Source: Candidatus Caldarchaeales archaeon (lineage in GTDB: Archaea > Thermoproteota > Nitrososphaeria_A > Caldarchaeales > Wolframiiraptoraceae). From it: DNA of 36,061 nt. The notes beneath the pieces were generated by a model. That model was not told where the DNA came from, made no database searches, and saw only the letters and a program-made list of their open reading frames with translations. The translations under genes and the position numbers were made by a program. Positions 17,930 to 28,145 of the stretch are shown one piece after another. The stretch lies in the NCBI GenBank assembly GCA_039630055.1, contig JBCNVN010000003.1, positions 56,068-92,128 of the forward strand. The letters are read 5' to 3'. Positions within the stretch are counted from its first letter, which is position 1; each line of letters begins with the position of its first letter.

Positions 17930-20032
17930 ATGGAGAAGAATCATCCGAGAAGATTGTCTGAAGAAGTTTTAGAAAAGATCTCTTTATTCAAGAATAATTG
18001 GCCTATGTTGAAAAATAATCTTAGGATTAGAGAAAGGAAGGAGAAGATATTAGATGAGATATCTCATGACTTACTCAAAGAGGTTAGGAAAATTAAAGAA
18101 GAGACAATACATAGAATAGAGGAGAATATTGGAAAATTGAGAAAAGCTTTAGAGGATAAAGATGCTGAATTGAAGATTGCTAGAAATGGACTAGAAGCTT
18201 CAAGAATTGTTCTAGAAATCTGTAAACAACATAACGTCAATCTAGTGGTTAAATCTAAATCTCTAACAACCGAGGAGATAGAGCTAAATAAGTTCTTAGA
18301 ATCTGAAGGTATAGAAGTTGTCGAGACCGACCTTGGAGAGAGAATAGTCCAACTCGCAGCTCAAAGACCTTCACATATCCTTGGACCTGCCTTCCATATG
18401 ACAAGATATGAGGTAGCAGAGATTTTTACCAGATATTATGGGAGACCGATCCCACCCGATCCTCGTGAAATTGTGCTAGAAGTAAGAAGAGAGTTTAGGG
18501 AGAAATATCTGAAAGCTGGGATGGCTATTACGGGTGCTAATATTATCGTAGCTGAGAATGGTGCGGTAGTTCTCGTGACTAATGAGGGGAATGATAGACT
18601 ATCTGTAGCCTTTGCTCCAATACATGTAGTCATAGCAGGAGTTGAGAAGATCGTGCCTTCAATGAAAGATGCATTAAAGATATTGGAGGCTCTGCCCAGG
18701 AATGCTACAGGCCAACGTTTAAGCTCATATGTCTCATTTCATATTCCTACATCATTCTCTTATCCTAGAGAGGGTCTAATAGGACCTCGTAAGATGATCT
18801 ACATACTTATCGATAATGGTAGAATTCAAGCATGTAAAGATGATGAAATCAAGGAGGCACTATACTGTATTAGATGTTCATCCTGTCTCCAAGTCTGCCC
18901 ACCCTATAATATGGTTGGAGGCCACGTCTTCGGGTATATTTATAGTGGACCTATGGGTATTCCATGGACCATGATAACCCATGGATTGGAAAATACAGAG
19001 TTTGCACAGCTATGTAATTTCTGTGGGTTATGTAAAGAAGCATGTCCAGTCGATATAGACCTACCCTATCTGAATTCTATAGTTAAAGAGAGATATGGGA
19101 AGAGATTTGGTTATCCAAGGATAAACAGATTCTTGAAGAAATATGAATTGTTTCTCTATCTATCAAGCAAGATGCCGAATCTATCCAACTTTATTTTAGA
19201 GTCGAGAACCGTTAGGAAGCTTATGGAAGTATTCATAGGTTTAGATTCAAGGAGAGATTTACCGAGATTATCTAAGAATAGTCTAGGAAAAGTTTTTAGA
19301 GAAATTGGAAGTGAAGATGAAGGCAAAGTAGCATTGTTTACAGAAGCATTAATATATTATATCTATCCTGAATGGGGATTAAAAGCTTCACAGGTCTTGT
19401 CTCAGCTAGGTTTTAGAGTAATTCTTCCTAAACAGAAGAGTAGTGGTATGCCATTGATCCAGTATGGGTTCATTGATGAAGCAAGAAAAATAGCTAGATA
19501 TAACATAGAATGCTTATACACTCTAGTAGAAGAAGGCTTTAAGATAATCTCACTAGAACCCACGGCCCACTACTGTTTAACCTATTACTATCCTAAACTC
19601 TTGAAGACCGACGCCTCAAAGAAGGTTTCAGAGAATAGTTATGGATTCTTCGAATTTCTCAAGAAGATCGGTTGGAGAAGAGTATCGAGTATTCTAGAAG
19701 AACTAGATGGAGTAAAGATAGTATACCATCTACCATGCCATTCTAGGACTAGAGATGGAAGCATGGCCACCAGAGAATTCCTAGAACAGCTTGGAGCAGA
19801 AGTATCGTTTAAGAACGTTGGATGTTGTGGGCTTGCAGGAACATGGGGGATGAAAAAGGGAGGTCATGGATACGACCTGAGCATCGAGATAGGTAAGTAT
19901 GTCGTGGCCCAGTACGAGAATATGGGTGGGAATATGATAGCCACAGAAAGCAGTATATGTCTCCAACAGCTGAGTAACCTATCCAAACTACCATGTAAAC
20001 ATGTTCTTGAACTAATTAATATAACGAATTAA
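17930..20032 (+). CDS. LutB-like LUD/4Fe-4S protein fused to a C-terminal CCG (LutA/GlpC-like) domain
   Basis: KSKS, ETDLGE, PSHI, TNEGN, ATGQ, two ferredoxin motifs (CIRCSSCLQVCP, CNFCGLCKEACP), then HLPCH and GCCG motifs. Confidence 0.85.
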   Translation: MEKNHPRRLSEEVLEKISLFKNNWPMLKNNLRIRERKEKILDEISHDLLKEVRKIKEETIHRIEENIGKLRKALEDKDAELKIARNGLEASRIVLEICKQHNVNLVVKSKSLTTEEIELNKFLESEGIEVVETDLGERIVQLAAQRPSHILGPAFHMTRYEVAEIFTRYYGRPIPPDPREIVLEVRREFREKYLKAGMAITGANIIVAENGAVVLVTNEGNDRLSVAFAPIHVVIAGVEKIVPSMKDALKILEALPRNATGQRLSSYVSFHIPTSFSYPREGLIGPRKMIYILIDNGRIQACKDDEIKEALYCIRCSSCLQVCPPYNMVGGHVFGYIYSGPMGIPWTMITHGLENTEFAQLCNFCGLCKEACPVDIDLPYLNSIVKERYGKRFGYPRINRFLKKYELFLYLSSKMPNLSNFILESRTVRKLMEVFIGLDSRRDLPRLSKNSLGKVFREIGSEDEGKVALFTEALIYYIYPEWGLKASQVLSQLGFRVILPKQKSSGMPLIQYGFIDEARKIARYNIECLYTLVEEGFKIISLEPTAHYCLTYYYPKLLKTDASKKVSENSYGFFEFLKKIGWRRVSSILEELDGVKIVYHLPCHSRTRDGSMATREFLEQLGAEVSFKNVGCCGLAGTWGMKKGGHGYDLSIEIGKYVVAQYENMGGNMIATESSICLQQLSNLSKLPCKHVLELINITN

Positions 20033-20065
20033 AGAATGGTGAATTTTAGTAGGTGGAGTAAGTGT

Positions 20066-20614
20066 ATGAGTAGTGAGAGAAAGTATGGTAGAGGAGATGA
20101 CGGGATGACTATTCTACGCAGTGGTGAGAGAGTGTGGAAGGATGATGAAAGACTTGAAGTTCTCGGAGAAATTGATGAACTATCATCTATCATCGGGCTA
20201 GCTATATCTTTGCTGGGGGAAGAAGATGAGGTTTCAAAGATTTTATTGAAATCTCAGGAACACTTGTTCATTATAGGTTCTCAACTTGCTTTAAGGCAAC
20301 CTTCAGAAGATTATCTGAAGAAGATCGAGGAAGCATATAGAAAAATTGAGGAACTAGTTTACGAATATGAATCTAGACTGCCAATTCTGAGAAGGTTCAT
20401 ATTCCTTGGAGGAACAACACCTGCAGCAGTAATATATTTTGCAAGAGCGGTTGCTAGAAGAACAGAACGGAGAATCGTCACAATGAGTAAGAAGTACTAT
20501 GTGCATCCAGTAATATTAGCATATATCAATAGAATTTCAACTCTACTCTTCATCTTAGCTAGATATGTTAATATGACGAGAGGCTATAGAGAGAAGGAGT
20601 GGATATCAATCTAG
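20066..20614 (+). CDS. PduO-type ATP:cob(I)alamin adenosyltransferase family protein
   Basis: GDDGMT, GEIDELSS, QxxLF, FI..GG, RAVARRTER, YINRIS. ATG 20066 follows AGGTGGAG; the ORF track starts at 20036. Confidence 0.82.
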   Translation: MSSERKYGRGDDGMTILRSGERVWKDDERLEVLGEIDELSSIIGLAISLLGEEDEVSKILLKSQEHLFIIGSQLALRQPSEDYLKKIEEAYRKIEELVYEYESRLPILRRFIFLGGTTPAAVIYFARAVARRTERRIVTMSKKYYVHPVILAYINRISTLLFILARYVNMTRGYREKEWISI

Positions 20615-20795
20615 CAGAAAACTATAAAATAAGACAGACAATATTTCTACAGACTATGGCATTCTATCCCTACCGGCATCCTAGCATTTTAGAACTAAAG
20701 ATACATTCTTATTTAGGAATTTCAAAAACTACAAGATGTCTATTTGAACGGAAATAGATATATGTAATCCTATCTTTGGATAATGTGGGTTTGAA

Positions 20796-21638
20796 TTGGT
20801 AGAGAAAGCATTTGGCTTCATATCGATCCGAGACCTCCCACGAAAACCTAGAGATATTGGATTGACGGAGATCAGAGGACCATACTACTCTCCTGTAACC
20901 CTCGGATATCTGAGAGATCTACTAGACGATTGGGGAGAATATATTGATGGTTTTAAGTTTGCAGGCGGTTCACAAAGATTACTCTCTCGAGATCTCGTTA
21001 AAAAAATCATTAGATTATGTCATGACTATGATGTATATGTTTCTACAGGCGGCTTCATAGAGAGGGTCATCATCCAAGGTTCTGAAGCCGTAGACAGATA
21101 TCTTGAAGAATGTAAAACTTTAGAGTTTGACGTTGTAGAAGTCTCGAGTGGTCTGGCACCTATCTCTCTAGAAGATAAGATAAAGATAGTTAAAGAGGTT
21201 AGAAGACTGGGGATGAAGCCTAAGCCGGAGATCTCAATAATTATGGGTGCAGGAGCAGGGGTACACCAAGTCAAGTACGAAGAACAGATAGTAGCTAGAG
21301 ATTTAGACGAGGTTAGAGTAGAAGCGGAAAAACATCTAGATGCTGGGGCATATATGCTAATGCTAGAATCAGAAGGAATAACTGAAGGATTACCTCCCGA
21401 GAAGTGGAGAACTGATGTTGTAAGAGAGCTCGTAAAAATTTTTGGTCATAGTAGATGGATGTTCGAGGCTGCTGAGCCTGAGGTCTTTAAATGGTACTTG
21501 AAGAATATTGGAGAAGATGTTAATCTCTTCATAGATCATTCTCAAATTGTTGAGCTTACAGCATGGAGGACAAAACTATGGGGAGATAGAGATATATGGA
21601 GAGGCAAGAAAATCACTTACAATCCTAGAAAATTCTAA
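20796..21638 (+). CDS. Phosphosulfolactate synthase (ComA)/HSA32-like TIM-barrel protein
   Basis: KPRxxGLTEIRGPYY, DGFKFAGGS, STGG, EVSSG, ESEG, MFEA, VNLF motifs. Confidence 0.82.
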   Translation: MVEKAFGFISIRDLPRKPRDIGLTEIRGPYYSPVTLGYLRDLLDDWGEYIDGFKFAGGSQRLLSRDLVKKIIRLCHDYDVYVSTGGFIERVIIQGSEAVDRYLEECKTLEFDVVEVSSGLAPISLEDKIKIVKEVRRLGMKPKPEISIIMGAGAGVHQVKYEEQIVARDLDEVRVEAEKHLDAGAYMLMLESEGITEGLPPEKWRTDVVRELVKIFGHSRWMFEAAEPEVFKWYLKNIGEDVNLFIDHSQIVELTAWRTKLWGDRDIWRGKKITYNPRKF

Positions 21639-21907
21639 CAGGTTGATAAGTCTAGATTCGAAACTCTAAACTATGAAGCTGGATAGAAAGATTACTTAAT
21701 CCCTACCTCTCCCATAATAGACGTATAAGTATTGATAGAGGACTACTCCAAAATCTTATAGTAATTGATCGTCTAATATAAAAGAAGTCAAAGCTTTCTG
21801 AATCCTTGAGATTCACTTTCTGAGAAATCAGATGAGTTTTTCCCTAGATGATTGAAAACTAAAAATACTATAAATTTAAACATAACCTAAGTCAATATAG
21901 AATATGG

Positions 21908-23329
21908 ATGGATGAAGAGTTTAGAAGCCTGGTTGCGAGAATTCTCAGGGCTGTTCCAGGGATCTCTAGAGAAGATATAGATTTTATGGTCGATGAAAAG
22001 ATGAAGAGTAATCCATACTTGAATAGAGTTGGTGCATTATTATTAGTTGCTGAAGAATTAGGAGTATTCGATGTAAGGAGGGAAACCCCTCTAGAAGTCT
22101 TTGAAGAACTTTCTTACAGTAAGATAGGAGACCTTGTACCAGGCTTAAACAATGTATCTATAAGAGGAGTTGTATATGCTATTACCAGACCTATCGATCT
22201 CAGGTCACATAGGCTTCTTAGAATAAAGATCGGAGATAAGACCGGTGTAGTTGAAGTATGTGCATGGAATGACAAAGTAGATGAAGTGAAAAATATATCT
22301 ATAAAAATAGGAGACCAGATAGCTATCTTAAATGGCTATACTAGAGAGAGAATAGAGACGGGGGGCATAGAGGTCCATCTTGGAAAGAATAGCTCTGTAA
22401 AGAAGCTAGCACATGATCCCAGCCTACCTGAACCTTACACATTCTACAAAACAATATCTGAGATATTTGAGAAAGGCAAAGGAATATACGATCTAAGAGC
22501 CTATATCGTACATATTGGAGATGAGAGGAAGGTTACTACTAGAAGCGGAGAGCTTACAGTCATAGATATACTGTTGACAGACACTATCAGAGAAGCGAGA
22601 CTATCTGTTTGGACTGATAAGATAGAGTCTTTTAAAAACCTGAAGATAGGTGAAGAAATATTCATAACAGATGTTAGGTTTGAAGATGGCAGATTCACCT
22701 TGACATCTAGGAGTGATCTAGCCATGGTTAGAGAGGAAAGAGATGAACTGATTAAAAGACTTGAAGAGAAGAAGATCGTCCTCAGAGTTCTAGATGTTTC
22801 TCCTTCAGATGACTATACTCTTATAACTGTGACAGATGGATCAAGAATACTACAAATACTATATCAAGATAGTATTAAGCTAGACTATGGCGAATACATA
22901 GAAGCAAGTATGGCTATTTCTGATACTCTAAGTAGAAGTAGATTTATAAGATGTGGAAGAGATGCTTTGAAAAAGATTACACCTCCAAGTATTGAGATAC
23001 CTATACCGGATAGACTGATAACTTTAAAAGACATAGTTGAAAGAATAGCTGTAGATATGGAGAATGTGATCGTTGAGGGCATACTGTATACTAAGACTAA
23101 CCCCATATTAATTGAGACAAAGTATGGAGTTATCGAGAAGATACTATTCTGGTTGAAGGAAGAGAATGTTGCAGTTCAGGGAGTTGCATGGCGTTCAAAA
23201 GCAATAGAGATATCTCAATTATCTGAGGGATCAAAGATAAGATTAAGATGGGTAAATATTAAGCTGAATCCATTTAATGAACCTGAGATAAGTGTAAATC
23301 ATTATTCAAAGATAGAGAAGATACCGTAA
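21908..23329 (+). CDS. Archaeal replication protein A-like multi-OB-fold ssDNA-binding protein
   Basis: N-terminal helical GALLLVAEELGV segment, then repeated OB-fold signatures (IGDKTG..VCAW, LTDT..LSVW, GVAW). Confidence 0.78.
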   Translation: MDEEFRSLVARILRAVPGISREDIDFMVDEKMKSNPYLNRVGALLLVAEELGVFDVRRETPLEVFEELSYSKIGDLVPGLNNVSIRGVVYAITRPIDLRSHRLLRIKIGDKTGVVEVCAWNDKVDEVKNISIKIGDQIAILNGYTRERIETGGIEVHLGKNSSVKKLAHDPSLPEPYTFYKTISEIFEKGKGIYDLRAYIVHIGDERKVTTRSGELTVIDILLTDTIREARLSVWTDKIESFKNLKIGEEIFITDVRFEDGRFTLTSRSDLAMVREERDELIKRLEEKKIVLRVLDVSPSDDYTLITVTDGSRILQILYQDSIKLDYGEYIEASMAISDTLSRSRFIRCGRDALKKITPPSIEIPIPDRLITLKDIVERIAVDMENVIVEGILYTKTNPILIETKYGVIEKILFWLKEENVAVQGVAWRSKAIEISQLSEGSKIRLRWVNIKLNPFNEPEISVNHYSKIEKIP

Positions 23330-23555
23330 AAATGCTCTTCTAAATAGATCGCGATATTCTGAGATGACTTAAATATTGTTTGGACTCTCACTATAAAATT
23401 TTAATTTTCTCTCTATATGCCCTCTAAAGATTAGATAAAAACTCACATATTTATTTGTTATACTATCTTTGGATAATTATTTAGAAATTCTAAATATTTT
23501 TACATATATTTTTTAGTTAAATATCAGCCTAACAATATAAAAAATGTGAGTATCT

Positions 23556-24809
23556 ATGTCCATGAGTGGTAAAGAATTTCTAGAAGCAGCGATAAAACAA
23601 TTTGATGAAGCTGCAGATATCTTGAAGCTAGATGAGGGATTAAGAGAGTTTCTAAAAATGCCTAAGAGAACTCTAATAGTCTCTATACCAGTTAAGATGG
23701 ATGATGGATCGATCAAAACTTTCATGGGTGTCAGAGTTCAGCATAGTAGTGCACGTGGACCATACAAGGGTGGAATAAGATACTATCCAACAGTAACTGT
23801 GGAAGAGGTTACCGCCTTAGCAATGCTAATGACTTGGAAAACCGCTGTAGTAGACCTTCCATACGGTGGAGCCAAGGGTGGGGTAAGATGCAATCCTAAA
23901 GAGATGTCGAAGGATGAATTGGAGAGATTGACTAGAAGATATACTGCTATGATAAGTGATTTTATAGGGCCACTTATAGATATACCAGCACCTGATGTAT
24001 ATACAGATGCTCAGACAATGGCCTGGATAATGGATACATATAGTCAATTGAAGGGTGAGCCGACACCTGCTGTAGTTACGGGTAAACCTGTCCACTTAGG
24101 AGGATCAGAGGGTAGAGCTGAAGCAACTTCATATGGTGCTGCTGTATGTGTTAGAGAGGCTGCGAAGAAGTTTGGTATACCCTTAAAAGATTCTAGGATA
24201 GCAATACAAGGATATGGAAATGTGGGTTCATATGCTGCTGAGATACTTTATGATTGGGGAGCTAAAATAATAGCTGTAAGCGATTCTAAAGGAGGAATAT
24301 TAGTTAAAGATGGTCTGAATCCTTACAAGGTTATGGAGCATAAGAAGAAGACTGGGAGCGTGATAAACTTTCCACAAGGAAAAAACCTAACAAATGAAGA
24401 ATTGCTGGAAGTTGATTGTGACTTCCTAATACCTGCAGCTTTAGAAGGACAGATAAATAAAGGGAACGCTGGAAATATCAAAGCTAAAGTAATTGTTGAG
24501 GGCGCGAACGGTCCAACTACCCCTGAGGCTGATGTGATTCTCGAAGAAAAGAAGGTTAAGGTTATCCCAGATATTCTTGCTAATGCAGGAGGTGTAACCG
24601 TCAGCTATCTAGAATGGGTTCAGAATCTTCAGATGTTCAGATGGAGTAAAGAAGAAGTCTTGAAGAAGCTTGATGATAAGATGGTGAAGGCATTCAATGA
24701 TGTTATGAGCTATGCGGAGAGATATAAAGTTCCATATAGAAAGGCAGCGATGGTATTAGCGGTAGAGAGAGTAGTCGATGCGGTTAAATCTCGTGGAATC
24801 TGGCCTTAG
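23556..24809 (+). CDS. gdhA: Glutamate dehydrogenase (NAD(P)+)
   Basis: GPYKGGIRY, MTWK, GGAKGG, DIPAPD, IQGYGNVG, EGANGP, PDILANAGGV. Confidence 0.95.
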   Translation: MSMSGKEFLEAAIKQFDEAADILKLDEGLREFLKMPKRTLIVSIPVKMDDGSIKTFMGVRVQHSSARGPYKGGIRYYPTVTVEEVTALAMLMTWKTAVVDLPYGGAKGGVRCNPKEMSKDELERLTRRYTAMISDFIGPLIDIPAPDVYTDAQTMAWIMDTYSQLKGEPTPAVVTGKPVHLGGSEGRAEATSYGAAVCVREAAKKFGIPLKDSRIAIQGYGNVGSYAAEILYDWGAKIIAVSDSKGGILVKDGLNPYKVMEHKKKTGSVINFPQGKNLTNEELLEVDCDFLIPAALEGQINKGNAGNIKAKVIVEGANGPTTPEADVILEEKKVKVIPDILANAGGVTVSYLEWVQNLQMFRWSKEEVLKKLDDKMVKAFNDVMSYAERYKVPYRKAAMVLAVERVVDAVKSRGIWP

Positions 24810-24812
24810 AGA

Positions 24813-25823
24813 CTAATCTCCAAGCAGGGAGTACCGTGGAGGTCTAAGCCTATTTATGGTTACGACTCCTGGTTCAGCCTCTAGAACTATGGGGATATAG
24901 TTTAAGACTACTCCAACAGTAGCCACATCACCAGGGACTCCGAAAGAGCTCCTCCAACATATCTTAGGCTCACCCTCAATCGTAATCTCTTCAAATTCTC
25001 CCTCAGCACCTACTAAAGCTTCAAATTCTATCCTTATTATCTCTTTACCATCTCTATATCCTATGCCATAACCATGTATCCCTCTAACCCTATTTTTCTC
25101 TACTACTATACCATCAAGCCCAATATCTTTTTGAGCTAATACAGGATCCTGTCTCTCTTCGACTTTATCTAATTTTATATTTAATGCTTCAGCCAGAAGG
25201 CAGACGGATTCAGCATAACCTACATGACCTGTAATTTCTCCCCTTCTAATCATCTCCTCGAAACCTGACAAATTCATTCCAACCCCGATCTTCTTTCTAA
25301 AAGATTCTCTACGTTTAGATGCTTCAAGGACCCTTCTCGCAGTTACCCTCTCTACTCTAATACATGGTGTTGTCATGATGGCTGGAAGTAGGTCTAATAG
25401 GAAGCCTGGATTTATTCCTGTACCTAGAATCGTTGAACCCTGTCTCTTCGCTTCTTCATCAAGCTTTCTAGTTATTTCAGGATATCTATAGTATGGATAT
25501 GAGAGGGTTTCACATGTTGAGATAACGTCCGCCCCGACCTCTACAGCATTCAATATCTGGCTATACACTTTATCCAGATAGCTTCCAGTAGCATGTAAAA
25601 CTACGTCTGGCTGAGTCTCCTTCAAAATTCTTCCAGCATCTCTCTCGACCAATATTCCTATCTTCCTACCTAGACCGACAACCTCACCCACATCTCTATC
25701 TATTTTCGAGGGATCTATATCTAATGCGGCCACCAGCTCCAATCCTTTTCTCTCTAGACCATGTTTAACGATCAGTGAACCTATCGGTCCCAAACCATAT
25801 ACTGCAAACTTTATCTTGCTCAT
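24813..25823 (-). CDS. DapB-like NAD(P)-dependent oxidoreductase, 2,4-diaminopentanoate dehydrogenase (Ord)/native amine dehydrogenase family
   Basis: YGLGPIG Rossmann motif, ISTCE, GTGINPGF, GHVG..ES, PGDVAT. Confidence 0.78.
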   Translation of the reverse strand: MSKIKFAVYGLGPIGSLIVKHGLERKGLELVAALDIDPSKIDRDVGEVVGLGRKIGILVERDAGRILKETQPDVVLHATGSYLDKVYSQILNAVEVGADVISTCETLSYPYYRYPEITRKLDEEAKRQGSTILGTGINPGFLLDLLPAIMTTPCIRVERVTARRVLEASKRRESFRKKIGVGMNLSGFEEMIRRGEITGHVGYAESVCLLAEALNIKLDKVEERQDPVLAQKDIGLDGIVVEKNRVRGIHGYGIGYRDGKEIIRIEFEALVGAEGEFEEITIEGEPKICWRSSFGVPGDVATVGVVLNYIPIVLEAEPGVVTINRLRPPRYSLLGD

Positions 25824-25975
25824 GTGCAGAGACTATATCATCATGTCTATTAATAAGTTTAAGATATTCTTATAGGATGTACTGACTCCAAAGAGCTGAA
25901 TGGTAACCTATAATGGTCTCAAGAAGCTGTTGAACAATCTTTAAATTAGAATTTATCCTGAAAGTTATTTAGAGT

Positions 25976-27205
25976 ATGAGTAAAAGTAGGTCAGATACCC
26001 TGTTAGCAATACTAATCTCAGTAGCATTAATTCTATCTATTGGTTCTCTAATAATGAATCAGGTATTTTTATATCAGGTTAATCTGAGGCTATCAGAGAT
26101 CTCTGAGAAGATTAATGCTGTAAGCTCTAAGCTATCAAATCAAGAGTCCAGACTATTTAAAGTTGAAGAAAAAGTATATGCTAATGCTACGAGTGTTCAG
26201 ACCGTAATCGTCCAACAGAATCTTACCGCTCCAGAGATTGTATATGAAAGAGTCAAAGACTCTGTCGTACTTATAAGAGCTAGAGTAGTCATTCAAACAT
26301 TCCTAGGTAGAGCTTACACATCAAGTGAAGGCTCAGGATTCATATATTCTAGCGATGGATACATAGTGACAAACTATCATGTTGTTGAGAACTCTGAGAC
26401 TATTCAAGTATTTTTAAATGATAGAAGTGTCTACACGGCAAGAATCGTTGGAGTAGATCCTTACTCTGACCTAGCTGTACTAAAGATAGATACTGGAGAC
26501 AAGTCTCTTAACCCACTTATCCTGGGAGATTCCTCAAATTTGAGGGTGGGTCAACCAGTAATAGCTGTAGGAAATCCTTTCGGATTAACATATACTTTAA
26601 GCACAGGGGTAATAAGCCAGCTTAATAGATTGCTTGAAAGTCCAGGAGGTAGAAGTATACCGAATGTTATACAGTTTGATGCTGCCGTTAACCCCGGCAG
26701 TAGTGGAGGACCACTACTAGACTACTCTGGAAGGGTTATAGGTGTAATTACCGCTATAGCTTCTACTACAGGAGAATTCGCGGGGGTCGGGTTTGCGATA
26801 CCATCCAACACCGTCAAAAGAGTTGTAAAATCCTTGATAGAGACTGGAGTATTTGAGCATCCTTGGATGGGTATAGGTGGGATTGATGTAAATATGGAGA
26901 TAGCCCAGTTAATGAATTTGAAGAATGCTTATGGTTTCTTGATCACAGGAATCGCCGATGGAAGCCCGGCGGAGAAAGCAGGGCTAAGAGCTGGAGATAG
27001 GAGTGTTAGACTCTCTGATGGAACAGTAGTAAATATTGATGGAGATGTGATAATAGGTGTTGACAATATAAAGGTTTTCGGACTTTCTGAACTCTTATCC
27101 TACATAGAAGAATATAAGCGTCCTGGAGATACTATTATCCTAAAGATCTTTAGAGAGAACGTAGAGATGGATGTACCCTTAACACTTGGGGCCATATCGG
27201 GTTGA
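25976..27205 (+). CDS. Membrane-anchored HtrA/DegP-like trypsin serine protease with PDZ domain
   Basis: N-terminal TM helix and coiled-coil-like stalk; GSGF, TNYHVV (His), DLAVLK (Asp), NPGSSGGPL (Ser); PDZ region with SPAEKAGL. Confidence 0.92.
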   Translation: MSKSRSDTLLAILISVALILSIGSLIMNQVFLYQVNLRLSEISEKINAVSSKLSNQESRLFKVEEKVYANATSVQTVIVQQNLTAPEIVYERVKDSVVLIRARVVIQTFLGRAYTSSEGSGFIYSSDGYIVTNYHVVENSETIQVFLNDRSVYTARIVGVDPYSDLAVLKIDTGDKSLNPLILGDSSNLRVGQPVIAVGNPFGLTYTLSTGVISQLNRLLESPGGRSIPNVIQFDAAVNPGSSGGPLLDYSGRVIGVITAIASTTGEFAGVGFAIPSNTVKRVVKSLIETGVFEHPWMGIGGIDVNMEIAQLMNLKNAYGFLITGIADGSPAEKAGLRAGDRSVRLSDGTVVNIDGDVIIGVDNIKVFGLSELLSYIEEYKRPGDTIILKIFRENVEMDVPLTLGAISG

Positions 27206-27386
27206 AGACATAGAGAGCTTATAAATCCATCGAGATTTCAAGATACATTATATCTAAGCTTAAAGAGCTCCCTATAACGATAGGCTTATTCATATCTGTA
27301 TATACATGTATGGCCAAGAACTATATGTAAATTCCTTGAGACGCCTTATCTCATGGCCAAAAAACTTCTAAATTAAATTCTACTCT

Positions 27387-28145
27387 ATGAAGATCATTTC
27401 CGTGTCTATCGATAAGTTCGAGTCAGACATATTACGAATCTTTGAGAAAGCTGTATCTATATATGGTTCCAATATACGTGGTAAGCTGTCTAGATTAAGT
27501 GATAAACTTATAAACCTTCATAGAGCGAATAGAGTAAAGATAAACCATTCGGTTATGGAGATGATCTTAGGAGCCTATCTTATAGATAGAGGTTATGAAG
27601 TAGATGTAGAAGCAGATGTTGGAGATAATCTAGTAGCGGATGTAACAGCATATAATGGCGAGGAAAAAATGATAGTAGAGATAGAGACGGGTTTTACTTC
27701 TCCAGAGAATGCTCTTGACCCTCAGAGCTACTTGACAGCGAGAATCATAAGTAAGCTGGCGAGATATAGCAAGTATGCAGACTTATTCTCTTTTGCAACA
27801 CCTCTACATAACGTACTACAGATACCTAGATTCTACTTAAAAACAATCAGAGAGAGAAGTCTAAAAGAAGCACTCATCCTAAGAGATCTCTGTAGTAGAT
27901 ACTATTCCCAGCCGCCCATAACTATTGAGGATTTAAGAAATTCGAGAATAGACTCGATATACCTATTGAATATAGATACGCTAGAAGTAAGGAGGCTGAC
28001 ACCTAAAAAATACGTGGAAACATTGATAGAGAGATTTACTCCTAAAACATTAGAATTGAAAAAATACTTGAAATGGAGCCAACATTCGGAGCAGGCGGGA
28101 ACAAGTTGTACACAACCCTACAACTCCCAGGCTGTGTACCCTTAG
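27387..28145 (+). CDS. Hypothetical protein with a putative PD-(D/E)XK nuclease-like fold
   Basis: H..ME...GYEVDVE...ADV...IVEIETG pattern resembles the restriction-endonuclease-like core (E-x-E in place of E-x-K). The last ~23 codons run into the structured element. Confidence 0.55.
   Translation: MKIISVSIDKFESDILRIFEKAVSIYGSNIRGKLSRLSDKLINLHRANRVKINHSVMEMILGAYLIDRGYEVDVEADVGDNLVADVTAYNGEEKMIVEIETGFTSPENALDPQSYLTARIISKLARYSKYADLFSFATPLHNVLQIPRFYLKTIRERSLKEALILRDLCSRYYSQPPITIEDLRNSRIDSIYLLNIDTLEVRRLTPKKYVETLIERFTPKTLELKKYLKWSQHSEQAGTSCTQPYNSQAVYP
28058..28073 (-). terminator. Putative oligo-T terminator for the candidate ncRNA
   Basis: Minus strand reads TTTCAAGTATTTTTTC directly after the closing stem. 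Confidence 0.3.

Noticed and set aside
21819-21832. TCTGA-GAAA-TCAGA mini hairpin upstream of RPA
   Set aside because: Only 5 bp; expected by chance.
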